This document shows positions 1 to 11,192 of a stretch of DNA of 64,000 nt, piece after piece; positions within the stretch are counted from its first letter, which is position 1; each line of letters begins with the position of its first letter. Source of the DNA: Octopus sinensis (taxonomy: Eukaryota); assembly GCF_006345805.1 (NCBI RefSeq), contig NC_043006.1, positions 78,182,001 through 78,246,000 of the forward strand, read 5' to 3'. The notes under the pieces are model-generated. The model was not told where the DNA came from, did not search any database, and saw only the letters and a program-made list of their open reading frames with translations. Made by a program: the position numbers and the translations under genes.

Positions 1-466
1 TATGATGCACAGCTTAAATAATTTACTTGCTCAGAATAGTTTATTAAGTCTTATAGCTTCAAACCCTAAGGTATAATGTCAATAGAATATGAAATGTAAG
101 ATAGCATCACTTTTTACGAAATGCATATTGTTAATTTTCTAATATGATGGATAAATCACAAAGCATCGTACACATACTTTCATATAAGTGGAACAAATTT
201 CCGCTTGTGCGAGCATGAGGAGTGTTTCATGTCTACAAAGTCGCTTTGAATACACTGATGCCTCATTAACAAAACCCTCAACACTGAACTGCAAATTACA
301 TGGGACCAACTATTAACAATTTTTTGCCCTGACATCTAACATCTAATTAATTTTCACACTCCTGGCCTCGCAATTAATTACGTTGAAAGATTTCAATAGC
401 ATTGAGTTGATTAAATAATACGCTACAGATAAAATCAAGTAAATATTTTCACTATTTGACTGCATA

Positions 467-1053
467 CAAGGCGGCGGGCTGGCAGAAACGTTAGCATGCC
501 GGGCGAAATGCGTAGCCGTATTTCGTCTGTCGTTACGTTCTGAGTTCAAATTCCGCCGAGGACGACTTTGCCTTTCATCCTTTCGGGGTCGATTAAATAA
601 GTACCAGTTACGCACTGGGGTCGATGTAATCGACTTAATCCGTTTGTCTGTCCTCGTTTGTCCCCTCTGTGTGTGTAGCCCCTTGTGGGTTGTAAAGAAA
701 TAGGTATTTCGTCTGCCGTTACGTTCTGAGTTCAAATTCCGCCGAGGTCGACTTTGCCTTTCATCCTTTCGGGGTCGATTAAATAAGTACCAACTACGCA
801 CTGGGGTCAATATAATCGACTTAATCCGTTTCTCTGTCCTTGTTTGTCCTCTCTGTGTTTAGCCCCTTGTGGGTAGTAAAGAAATAGGTATTTCGTCTAT
901 CTTTGCGTTCTGAGTTCAAATTCCGCCGAGGTCAACTTTACCTTTCATCCTTTCGGGGTCGATTAAATAAGTACCAATTGCGTACTGGGGTCGGTGTAAT
1001 CGACTGGCTCCCTCCCCCAAAATGTCGGGTCTTGTGCCTAGAATAGAAAACAA
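467..1053 (+). mobile_element. Head-to-tail trimer of a tRNA-derived SINE (units about 467-703, 704-887, 888-1053), flanked by a 14-bp TSD
   Basis: The head GGCGGCGGGCTGGCAGAAACGTTAGC occurs once and the body GTTCTGAGTTCAAATTCCGCCGAGG...CATCCTTTCGGGGTCGAT three times. TATTTGACTGCATA lies at both 453-466 and 1054-1067. The same family recurs at 36911, 40216 and 54302. Confidence 0.9.
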
Positions 1054-1165
1054 TATTTGACTGCATATTAGAGCAAGAAAAAGTCAATTGGATTATTTGT
1101 TAATAAAAATATTTTATTTTGCTATCTCTCTTATTTGGACTACTTGTGTAACAAGAGAGGTTATG

Positions 1166-1239
1166 ACACCTTGAAAACACCGGTTCTCGTCCGATCACCG
1201 AAGTTAAGCAAAGTCGAGCCTAGTTAGTACTTAGTTGGG
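1166..1239 (+). pseudogene. Truncated 5S rRNA pseudogene or 5S-derived fragment
   Basis: TTGAAAACACCGGTTCTCGTCCGATCACCGAAGTTAAGCAA...TAGTTAGTACTT matches the core of invertebrate 5S rRNA. The 5' end and the 3' third are missing. Confidence 0.85.
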
Positions 1240-1449
1240 CTCCAAACTGTTACACTTGCTTGTTGTTCATACACCTGTCTTCGTCTTTTGTTTTCCTATG
1301 AACTTCAACGATATATATATATATATAAATGGATGAATGAATTATCCTTTGTTTACCGTTAACATGGAAAATTCCTTTGGAATAAAACCAATGTTGTCTT
1401 CGAAACATATGTCGAAAGTAAAAGAATTTGGATAGCATCTGCGTTCAAC

Positions 1450-1648
<199 letters not shown>

Positions 1649-2027
1649 ATGCGGATGAACTATCCGACAAATGTACGTGTCGAATTTATTCAAAACACCA
1701 TGTAGTTATAATTATTACTACGTGAAATCAAATAACGTAGGTGATTGATAAATTTGAACTAAAACTGATCTCAAAGAAGCTAGCCACGCCGCCTACATGA
1801 TTTTTCTAATTTCTCTTCCTGTTCATCCTCCTCTTTATTTCCTACCATTCTAGCATATTATTCTTGATTCTATTTTTACATCGGCCATTCCTAACAATCC
1901 CCAGCTATTTCTCTGTAATAACAACTTTCGTATTGCTGCCTAGTTTATTTCCGTGATGTCAAAAATATTTCTATTTTAAGGAAACGAAACAATGATACGC
2001 GACCTTCCTACATACTACTAACTTTGT

Positions 2028-2038
2028 TGCTGCTGCTT

Positions 2039-2108
<70 letters not shown>

Positions 2109-2175
2109 CACCACCACCACCACCACTACCACCACTACCACCACCACCACCACCACTACTACTACTATTAGTAAC

Positions 2176-2211
<36 letters not shown>
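2028..2211. repeat. Compound trinucleotide microsatellite (CTA)n/(CCA)n/(TAA)n abutting the 3' end of the PLE
   Basis: Read directly. It explains the spurious poly-L/V/P ORFs at 1971-2234. Confidence 0.95.
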
Positions 2212-4989
2212 TCAAGATTAAAATTACTCTTCACAAAGTTAAGGAAACAAGCAGAGCGTGACTCTTATTAGTAATAAATAGAGATTGACTCTGTTTATTA
2301 AAATGAAAATGTAGCGAATGAACAATAATTCGGGTCTCCGTGCGTCTTTTACAAGTTCAAAATATAAGACCAAATTAAAAATCAAGGATAGGGAACGCTG
2401 AGATATACAGAATTAAACCGGGAAAACTGCCTTTCTTTCCAAGTAAAACGACGTCATCATTCTTCCGTCTTTCACAAAAGGTAACACAAGGAAGGAAAGA
2501 AAGAATAATAAAAAAAAAAACAGAAAAAAATAAAAGAATTGGAGAAGAAAATATTCAGCCAAAATGTTTAGTATAAATATGGTGGAATTTACCTGCCATT
2601 TTATTAATTCCTCTAGGTTGAGATGTCAACAGCTCACAAATTTATCTATCCTCATGGGTCTTGAGGACTGATCGTGCAGTGGGGTGAGGGTATTTTTGAG
2701 AATGTGCACCTTCAGGTCCTCAAATTTACACCCGTTTGATGTGAAATGCTCCGCAAATTCCATGGAACAACATTTATTGTGCCTGACGTCGTACTTATGT
2801 CCGTTACATCTTTTATGCAATCATTCTATTGTGCAACCAGCATAAGTCATTTTGTGTTTGGTGCATTCCGCTGCATACATCAAATGAGAATACTTTCAGG
2901 TCCCCGCTTCTGTGTTAATCATAATATTTCTGTTATAATTTTTGATGGAATTGGTCTGACTCGCTATTGCACAACGAACAGGGCTTGCATCTCTTATGGG
3001 TGCTTTTGGGGGTGCAGTGAACAGAAATTAGAGGTACTGGTCAATATTTCTCTAATATTTCTATTACGTCTAAAGGCTATAAAAGGCGGAAGAGGAAATA
3101 TTTGTCGGAAATTAGGATATTTTTGGTAACTGTCATGCAACACTTTTGAAATGTCAGCGAAACTTCAGTACCAGTTAATCACGAAATGAATTCGGCCATG
3201 AGCCCTTTTCTGACTGATAAAATTAGGCGTGAAAGTTTGATTATCACTACTAATTTCAGCTCTGCCATTCCTGATTTCCTTTGATCTGGATTCACTATAA
3301 CCGCACTTTACATAATGCTGCAGAAAAGTATTTGCATGTTTCCAGTAATCCCCAATATCTGTGCAAATACGTCTTATCCTCAAAAACTGTGACTTCAGAT
3401 TTGATATGATTGTATGATGTGGACGATGAGAGTGGTAGTGGAGGTAAATTTGGGATGACGTGGGTTTGCAAAGTAATTCTGTGACTAACCGGTCTTCCGA
3501 AAACTTGACGTTTGTGACGAAAAAGTTCGACGCTAGTTTTTGAAAAGCTCAATGTGAATTTCATGTTGGACTTAAAGCCATAGTCTTTCGCGAAGCAGTC
3601 ACAGAAATGTAAAAATTTGACTAAACTATCTTGAGTTCCTTTCCAGACAAAAAAGAAGTTGTCAATGAACCGCAACCAGAGTATATTTTTATGACAATGC
3701 AGGGATTTGAATGTCTCCATTAATTGCGTTTCAAATTTTGTCAGAAAGACAGTTGCGAAATTAACTGCCATAGGGGCACCTATGGCACATCCCTTCGTCT
3801 GATGGAAAAAAACTTTTCTCCAAACATCATTTTTGGGGTATAATTTAGAAACATCCATGGTTACCAAAAAGCGTCTTTAACACTACTACGATGTTTAGAA
3901 TTTTTTTCAATTTGGAAACAATATCAAAAGTATCCTGAATGTAGGAACTTGCTCTTTTAACTACTGGCAGCAGAAAATTATCCAGCCATTCTGAAATTTT
4001 TGTAGTGCAACATTCATACCTACTTCATACTGGGCGCAATGGAGGAAATTTTTCGAAATTTTTTGAAGTGTTTTTGGAAGACCGTAAAATACAGGTGTTC
4101 TTTCTTAACGTAATAGCTTAGATTCCGTGTCATTTGTGAAATTCTTTTCCTCAATTTTAAAAATTATGTTATCAAGTATCTCTCTGTAATTGAGGTTTGG
4201 ATCTACAAGCAGTTCGTCATAAGAAGTTTTGTCGCTTAAAACTTCATCACAAGCAGCTGAAATGTACGCATCCTGGTCCAGGTTACAGCAGCGACTTCTT
4301 TATCCGCCATTTTCATAACAATAGTATCATTGTTTGCTAGGTGACTGAGTGCGCTACACTGGGATCCGTAAGGTTATTCCAGCTCTTTTTCTTACAAGAT
4401 TTAAGGCTTTCCTTGATTCCTGTCTGACAAGATTCGGGGAATTCCAGCAGTGCTTGTAACCGTCCCTCCCGAACTGTATCCGGATACCAATTTGGATTCT
4501 TTAAAATCCAGTTATACTAGATCCGATTTTCATCATTTCTTTTAACAGACCTGAAGTTTTCTGACCAATTCTTTCAAAAAACTATTCTTGAAGCTTGTGA
4601 CGACGGACAAACTAGTATATTCCTAGTGTTCATTTATTTTCGTCAAAATTCTTAGTGCTTGGACAGAAACCAAGTGCAAGTTCTAAGACAGAGATATTGT
4701 CTGGCAAAAATTTTAACTTTGATAAATTCATTACCGTCTTATTTTCTAGCATGGTTAATTTTCTTGGTCTAGCGTTTTCCCCGGCATTACTTGCATCAGT
4801 GTTTTGACTTTTTTCCTTTCAGCTTTGATGGAAATCCTCACTTAGGACATGGAATCTGTCAGGTGTCAAAAAAGGGCTGTTGATAATTCTGTGAAGGGTC
4901 ATAACTTCTACTCGGCTTTGTAGGAGTAACCCATTTCTGGGTGGGTGATAAAAAGTGTGTTACTTGTTTCGTTTTTGTTGGTATTTGAA

Positions 4990-5447
4990 ACATTTTCTTT
5001 TTTGGAAAAGGAATAAATTTATTATTCTCAAGACAAAATTGAAAATGGCCTCGCATTTTTGATGGATCAAATAGAAACTTGTCTAGAGTTTTGAATGACC
5101 AGTTCAAACGGGTATTGAAGCGCAAAAAGACCACAATCGTATGGACCAACCTGGGTGTTAATTATTTCAACTTGTTTAATTGTAGGTGTTATGTGTTTTG
5201 TGGCGAGTAAAGAGCAGTTATCTGTGCGGTTAGTTCTTGTAAGACGGATAAGTTTAAACTGTGTTATACAGCCACCGAAAAAATTGCTGACAAAGTAAAA
5301 TGTTTGCTTTTTGTGTGATGTATGAACAAAGTGCGGTGTGGACAATACATAGGAAAATCTGTATGTGAAAATAACCGTGAGTAGCACAGGAAAATCAGGA
5401 AACTTTTCTATTGTTATATTCAAGCTATCGTCAGCAAGTCGGTGCAT
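4990..5447 (-). pseudogene. Ulp1/SENP-like (C48) cysteine protease domain within the PLE ORF
   Basis: TQVGPYDCGLFALQYPFEL resembles the QxNxxDCG(L/V)F catalytic-Cys motif. After a frameshift it continues as FDPSKMRGHFQFCLENNKFIPFP, typical of transposon-borne Ulp1-like domains. Confidence 0.65.
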
Positions 5448-5938
5448 AACATTTCCTTCGAAAGTAAAACCGACCGGTCTTCATACTTCAAATTAATCCT
5501 TTTTAACCAAATTTTTTCCTCATTTATTGGCTCCGCATAATAGGAAACCTTCCATTTTTTTTAGTTTCTTTTCTTTTTTTTTTCTTTTGCCCTCAGGGAT
5601 AAAATTTATTTTTCTTCAAAGTTCTTCAGACAATTACATAAATAATGGAAACGATTCTTAGAAGAACATACCTGTTAAAGGTTACTCACATTCTTATTAA
5701 TGTATGCACCAAACGAAACTAACTTTGAACTGTAGTGTTAAATAATAGCATCCATTATCTGAAACACATTCGAATATTTGATGTAAGACCTTCAGGTATT
5801 ATCTGTTGTTATCTGCATGTATCCAAAATATTTTTTTAAATGACTTTTGATTCTCACATGAAACTGATTCAGTTGTTTAACGGATAAAATTGCCGTTTTC
5901 TCATTTTCCGATTGTTTCTTGAATGACAAAAATATCGT

Positions 5939-6029
5939 TGGTCCAGGATTTAGCTCAATACTACCATTCTGCAAAACCAGAAAGGCTGATAAACCAACGG
6001 TAATAAGGAACAAAGCACAAAAGCTGCAT
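5939..6029 (-). other. Hydrophobic leader ending in a 2A/StopGo-like motif
   Basis: The translation FLITVGLSAFLVLQNGSIELNPGP compares with the consensus GD(V/I)ExNPGP. An upstream ATG at 6029 is one base out of frame. Confidence 0.6.
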
Positions 6030-7002
6030 TTTGATTAATGATTCTCCTTGGAGTCCTGCCTCTTGAGATAACTTCCAGGACCTTTAAATGTCCCAATTTT
6101 TATACGGTGTAACATAAAATAAATTATTTTCTCAATCTGCTTGATTTTGATATTATTTCAAGATTGAAGTTACTCTTCACGAAGGTAAAGAAACAAGAAG
6201 AAGAGCGCAACTGCTATTGGTAATAAATAGAGATTGACTCTGTTTATTAAAATGAAAATGAAACGAATGCACATTATTTCGACTCTCCATGTGTCATTCA
6301 CAATTTTTGGCGACATTTCTCTCTGTTTTACAAACGGTGGACTGCAAACTTATTGACGCAGAACTTATGTCTATCTTAGTACATTAAAAAGGAAACTTGT
6401 TGAAGTTTTTTATTTCTATTTTTTTATTTTTCTATTTATACATTTGACTAGTAGATGAGTGGGTGGCTGGCAAATCATTAAATCGGCTTACAGTCACTTG
6501 CTGTTGTCGTTGGCTTTGCTTTGCTGAATGTCACTTCCGATACAAGATATCTGTAGTCAAACGTTTCCTGACTTGACCATCCCTTCTATTCCACAGACAG
6601 ATAGCACGCCATACCATACAATTTAATGAAGATTTCCTAAGATTGAATTTCTCTTTGGTGGAGATTTAGCTGTTATTTCTTGTTGGTTGAGTAGCTTGGT
6701 AGAAGCTGAGAGTCGGTGATGTGTCGCTTTGTTTATGTCTAATGATAAAGGAAATCCAGTCCACTCTTTTCTTACATAAAACGCATTTAGACACTACATC
6801 AAATATAAACTAATCAGTAATTAAGATTCAACAGTGACCTCGTGATTATATGCAGATCTAATAAGACAACAGTATTACTTATTCAAAAAAATAACGTATC
6901 TTTAGCCTGCATTTCACACGAAAAAATATAAGTATTTTGGTTGTTTTAATAGTTGCTGATTCGAAAACAATTGCATTAATGTGCAAACTTAGAAGAGTGA
7001 AT

Positions 7003-7211
7003 ATATATACATATATATATTATTCAAAGAAATTCCAACTCTGATTTTTATGTTTTATTTATATTCTTTATAATATTAATGTAGAATATAGAATATATAG
7101 TATAAATAATGTATGTGTATATAGTAAAATGAAATGAAGTATTGTGTTATTGAATAGATGAAATATTGAATATAAAATATAAGGGACTTCATTTCATTTT
7201 ACTATATATAT

Positions 7212-7246
<35 letters not shown>

Positions 7247-7346
7247 TATTTGTACTATATATTCTATATTCTACATTAATATTATAAAGAATATAAATAA
7301 AACATAAAAAACAGACACAGTTGGAATTTCTTTGAATAATATATAT
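7003..7346. repeat. AT-rich nested inverted repeat (foldback) containing a (TA)n tract
   Basis: Outer arms about 7003-7110 and 7245-7346 (TTATTCAAAGAAATTCCAACT / AGTTGGAATTTCTTTGAATAA). Inner arms about 7117-7140 and 7186-7210. Confidence 0.85.
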
Positions 7347-7384
7347 CCCTCTATACACAATCATACAAACCCCTTTTTATATGC

Positions 7385-7403
7385 ATATGTGTGTGTATGT
7401 ATG

Positions 7404-7435
<32 letters not shown>

Positions 7436-7567
7436 TGACTGTGTATGTATGTATGTATATACATATATATATATATATCTGACTGTGTGTGTGTATGTGT
7501 GTGTGTATGTATGTATATACGTATATATATCTGACTCTATGTGTGTGGTGTGTGTGTGTGTGTATGT

Positions 7568-7632
<65 letters not shown>
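7385..7632. repeat. (TA)n/(TG)n microsatellite block
   Basis: Read directly from the sequence. Confidence 0.95.
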
Positions 7633-7635
<3 letters not shown>

Positions 7636-8082
7636 CAGAGTGAACACATAAATGCGAAACAAGGTTGGAAAACAGTACTCGGATACCAGCAGTAGAGTAA
7701 TATGGTGGAACAAGTGCCGAAAAGATGTTCTTACTTGGAATAGTTATATTAGACACATTACTTGAAACAGTCGCTATAAAAATTAGTTCTCCACACTAAA
7801 CTCGCTGTTATCATTCATCTGCATGCTGCCTTTATTGTTAATATGTCTCTTATTCGCCTTTTTATGAAATTCTCATTATATTTGAGCTGATGCTCCATCT
7901 AGTATTTTTCACTTGATCAAAGTTCAGTAAGTTAAGCTACTATGTGCAGAATGAATATATCGAAAAATAAATGTCATTCGTTAACACAAATGACCAATGG
8001 GATTACTAATGTCATCATGTTTCACGAAAACCTTTTAGAGCTTAATAAAGAATTCCCATGTGGTTCCACCTCGTTACTCTAA

Positions 8083-8310
8083 CCCTCTAGCATTTAAACT
8101 GGCCAATTCCGACCAAAATATTCTGTCTTTTTTTATATTCAAATTGACCAGATTCAACAGTTCAAACCTACTCTAATAATGTCAATGCAAAAGGTAAAAG
8201 AATCAATCACTTTATCAAAATGTTCAAGCCAGAAGACAGTGCATGATTAATTCAAATCAATGGGAATAAATAAGCATTGCATTTCACAGAATAATCTGAA
8301 TGCTAAAGGG
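8083..8310. mobile_element. piggyBac-type MITE
   Basis: TIRs CCCTCTAGCATTTA and TGAATGCTAAAGGG. The flanks CTAA and TCAA are consistent with decayed TTAA target sites. Confidence 0.65.
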
Positions 8311-8904
8311 TCAAACAACTGTCAAATCCGCTCCAAATTGCACTGATCTCCTTCCAAAACTGGTGAAAATATCCGTTAATAACTTAAATATCCGTTAATA
8401 ACGTAATAATAATAACTTAAATATCCGTGAATAACGTAAATATATCATGACTGAACAGATGACACGATGATCATTGTTGCCTTTCATCGAAGCTTTATCT
8501 CATGTTGATATATCCGGAGCTGAACAACAACAGATTTAGAAAAGTAAATATAGCTTGTAAAGATCTTAAATCCATATGCAGAATATAACAACTATAACTT
8601 ATGTCGTAGTAAACTATGAACCTGCATTCAGTCCACTTATGAAGAGGTTTAAATATCAACACAATATCTAAGTTGTTTTATTTTAAGTATGCAACACACG
8701 ATTAAGAGGGAGTTTAGAGTTAATTTGATTGTACTGACGTTTTCAAGAACAGATGCTTGAATCTGATGAAATGAAAAGGGAGAAGTCGTAAAAACGGAAA
8801 TATTTCTCCAACCCACTTTAAGTGTACATTTTGTTTGAAAGCCTCAAATGTTTTTCCCCTCTGACCAATCATCATTTACAACAATACTTTGTATTTAGAT
8901 ATAA

Positions 8905-9075
8905 TAGGCACAAGCATGGCTGTATGGATAAAGACAGACGTATTTGTGTGATAAGAAGCTTCTTTCAAACTATGTGGCCTTGAGTTCATTACCACAGAAC
9001 GGTACTTGAGCAAGAGTCTTCAGCCAACCAAAATGTTGGACTTGGTTGCTAGAAACTGGAAGAAGCCCGTCGTGT
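8905..9075 (+). mobile_element. Degenerate 5' half of a CORE-type SINE
   Basis: It resembles the head and core of the copies at 27976 and 57278 (CTTGAGCAAG...GAAACTGGAAGAAGCCCGTCG). Confidence 0.6.
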
Positions 9076-10014
9076 GTGTGAGTGTGTGTGTGTGTGTGTG
9101 TATGTGTGTGTGTGTGTGTGCGTGTGTGTGTGTGTGTGCGTGTGTGTGTGTATGTGTAAATATATATGTGCCATTGCGCTTGTTCCCCTTCACTTTAAGT
9201 GCGTAATTCTCAGAAATTCAGGCCCTTCTATAATCTCTTCCGTTTTCACAAGGAGCAATAGACAGCATGTGTGGTAGTCAACACTGGTCAGTTCTCTTTC
9301 TTCATTAACTTTTTATATGTGGTGAGATCAGCTAGTTCAATGTATCTAAAATTGATTTCGGTTGGACAATTATTAACTTGTGAAACCTATGTATATTACG
9401 TCTTTCACAAACCCTCTTTTTTTCGCTATTAGGTACTGTGTAACTTAATTGTTATTATTAAAAACTGTGTCAATGGTATATTTGGTATTTCCAAATATAC
9501 ATTCAATAAAAAAAGTAGTTTTTAGTAAATGCAAAATGCTAGCAGCTGAAAGAGTCTTTATTCTTCAAATTCATCATTTCTTCTACTTGGGATATGAACT
9601 CCATTATGAAAGAATTTTAAATGAAAGCGATGTCCAGCATTTATTTCGTCTATAGAGGACTGTCTTATTGTTCACATATCGATGCTACAGTTCAGAACTG
9701 TTTCAATGAAAGAGAGGATTTATAGAATATTTATTATAAAATTTGTGTTGCTTAACCATGCAAATTAGTATTTTTCTCTTTAAGTAACTTTACTGTAGTT
9801 ACAACGCATTCTACATAACAAAATTCTATGACAATAAGAAGTTAAATTCATAAAACTAATTATTGTGGAGGTCCAGATTAGTTTATTATTCTGTTAAAAA
9901 ATTTGAAGGAGAGAATGAGCAGTGCAGCAGTCGTACATTCGATGACTATAACAAAATCATTTGTAGAGGTCGTTCTGCAAAAAGCTGGACGCTAATACGT
10001 CGCCTTCGACGGGA

Positions 10015-10017
<3 letters not shown>

Positions 10018-10082
<65 letters not shown>

Positions 10083-10083
10083 T

Positions 10084-10153
<70 letters not shown>

Positions 10154-10372
10154 TGTTTCTTTATTAGCCACACAGGGCTGCACACAGACAGGACAAATTA
10201 CAAGGTAGAGCTTTTCTTTTGGGGGTAAAAAAAGGGCGTTTGGTTTTCGATCAAAAGGGATCGTAAAGGGAAAGAAAGAGGACAAAAAGGGGGGAATAAA
10301 ATTTTTAAAAAATAAAAATAAAAAAAGGGGGGAGAGGAAAAAAGGGAAAGGAAAATAGATAGATAGGTAGAC

Positions 10373-10425
<53 letters not shown>

Positions 10426-10582
10426 CATACATACATACATACATACATACATACATACACACATACATACATACATACATACATACATACATACATACAT
10501 ACATACATACATACATACATACATACATACATACATACATACATACATACATACATACATACATACATACATACATACATAC
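10018..10582. repeat. (GATA)n/(CATA)n microsatellite block interrupted by an insertion of about 200 bp
   Basis: Read directly from the sequence. Confidence 0.95.
10151..10355 (-). mobile_element. Probable 3' end of a non-LTR retroelement inserted in (GATA)n
   Basis: The minus strand ends ...GTGTGGCTAATAAAGAAACATAT and runs directly into (CTAT)n. It has a pyrimidine-rich 3' UTR-like body and (GATA)n on both sides. The family is not identified. Confidence 0.45.
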
Positions 10583-11099
10583 ATTATATTCCGTTAGAAA
10601 CGTGATAGAGTACAGTATAAAGCTCGTCCACCTTTAGAATTAACCAGTACTGTCGGCAGTAATATAATATACTTCGAAGTTAAATTTGGACATTCCTCAT
10701 GTTTGAATATAAAATTGAAGAAATTGGAGAATTTCGACGCAACCTAGTTCTCCAAGAGTACAGGTATTTGATTATGCAACTATGTGTTTGCATAATAAGG
10801 TCTAGTTGTGTTTCATCAGGCGATATATGAGTGTTGTCTCCCTTAGTTTAAAATCGTCGACTTCAACGCCATCTTCTCTGTTCATCGTGGTTTGGATTTA
10901 CTAGCGGCTGATAGATCCATAGTGTGTGCAGCGAGAGCGCGTTTGTCGAACTGCTATGAATGGTAGTAGAAGGTACTGGCTGGAAAGTACACACACATGC
11001 TAGACGTAAATAGACACCCCATAAAACATCGTTTCCTGATTATTCTAACTTGTAAAGCTTTATATTTCTTATTAATTGACATGTTTATGTTTCAGATTC

Positions 11100-11192
11100 C
11101 ATATGTGACTGTTTAATCATGCCATGTAGAAAAGAAGCCTTGGAACTGTCAGAATTTCAAAGAAGCCATATTGTGGATCATTCCGAAGGTGT
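11100..11192 (+). mobile_element. Tc1-like transposase N-terminal fragment cut by the adjacent LINE
   Basis: MPCRKEALELSEFQRSHIV resembles the Tc1-family start MPRxKELSEFxRxxIV. Confidence 0.4.

Larger units (their letters stand above)
2211..6300 (-). mobile_element. Decayed Penelope-like retroelement (RT followed by GIY-YIG) with direct terminal repeats (pseudo-LTRs)
   Basis: The RT segment GCAIGAPMAVNFATVFLTKFE...WLRFIDNFFFVWKG lies in ORF 3295-3867. Pre-RT motifs are VMNLSK..LALGFCPS and NLTD..ALSHLANNDTIVMKMADK. A Cys knuckle CTPKSTHKRCKPC lies near 2970-3015, and GIY-YIG-like LMYAAECTKHKMTYAGCT..HKRCNGHKY near 2780-2890. Direct repeats of about 140 bp lie at 2211-2350 and 6158-6300. There are many stops and frameshifts. 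Confidence 0.88.

Noticed and set aside
343-810. 155-aa minus-strand ORF with an internal repeat (also the ORFs at 36996, 37016 and 40046)
   Set aside because: These are translations of SINE copies; the repeat reflects the SINE multimer.
1971-2234. Poly-L/V/P/I ORFs
   Set aside because: Translations of trinucleotide microsatellites with no splice or domain context.
9946-10584. YVCM/YLSI repeat ORFs, and many similar YI/HT/CV ORFs across the window
   Set aside because: Stop-free frames of (GATA)n, (CATA)n, (TA)n and (CA)n repeats.
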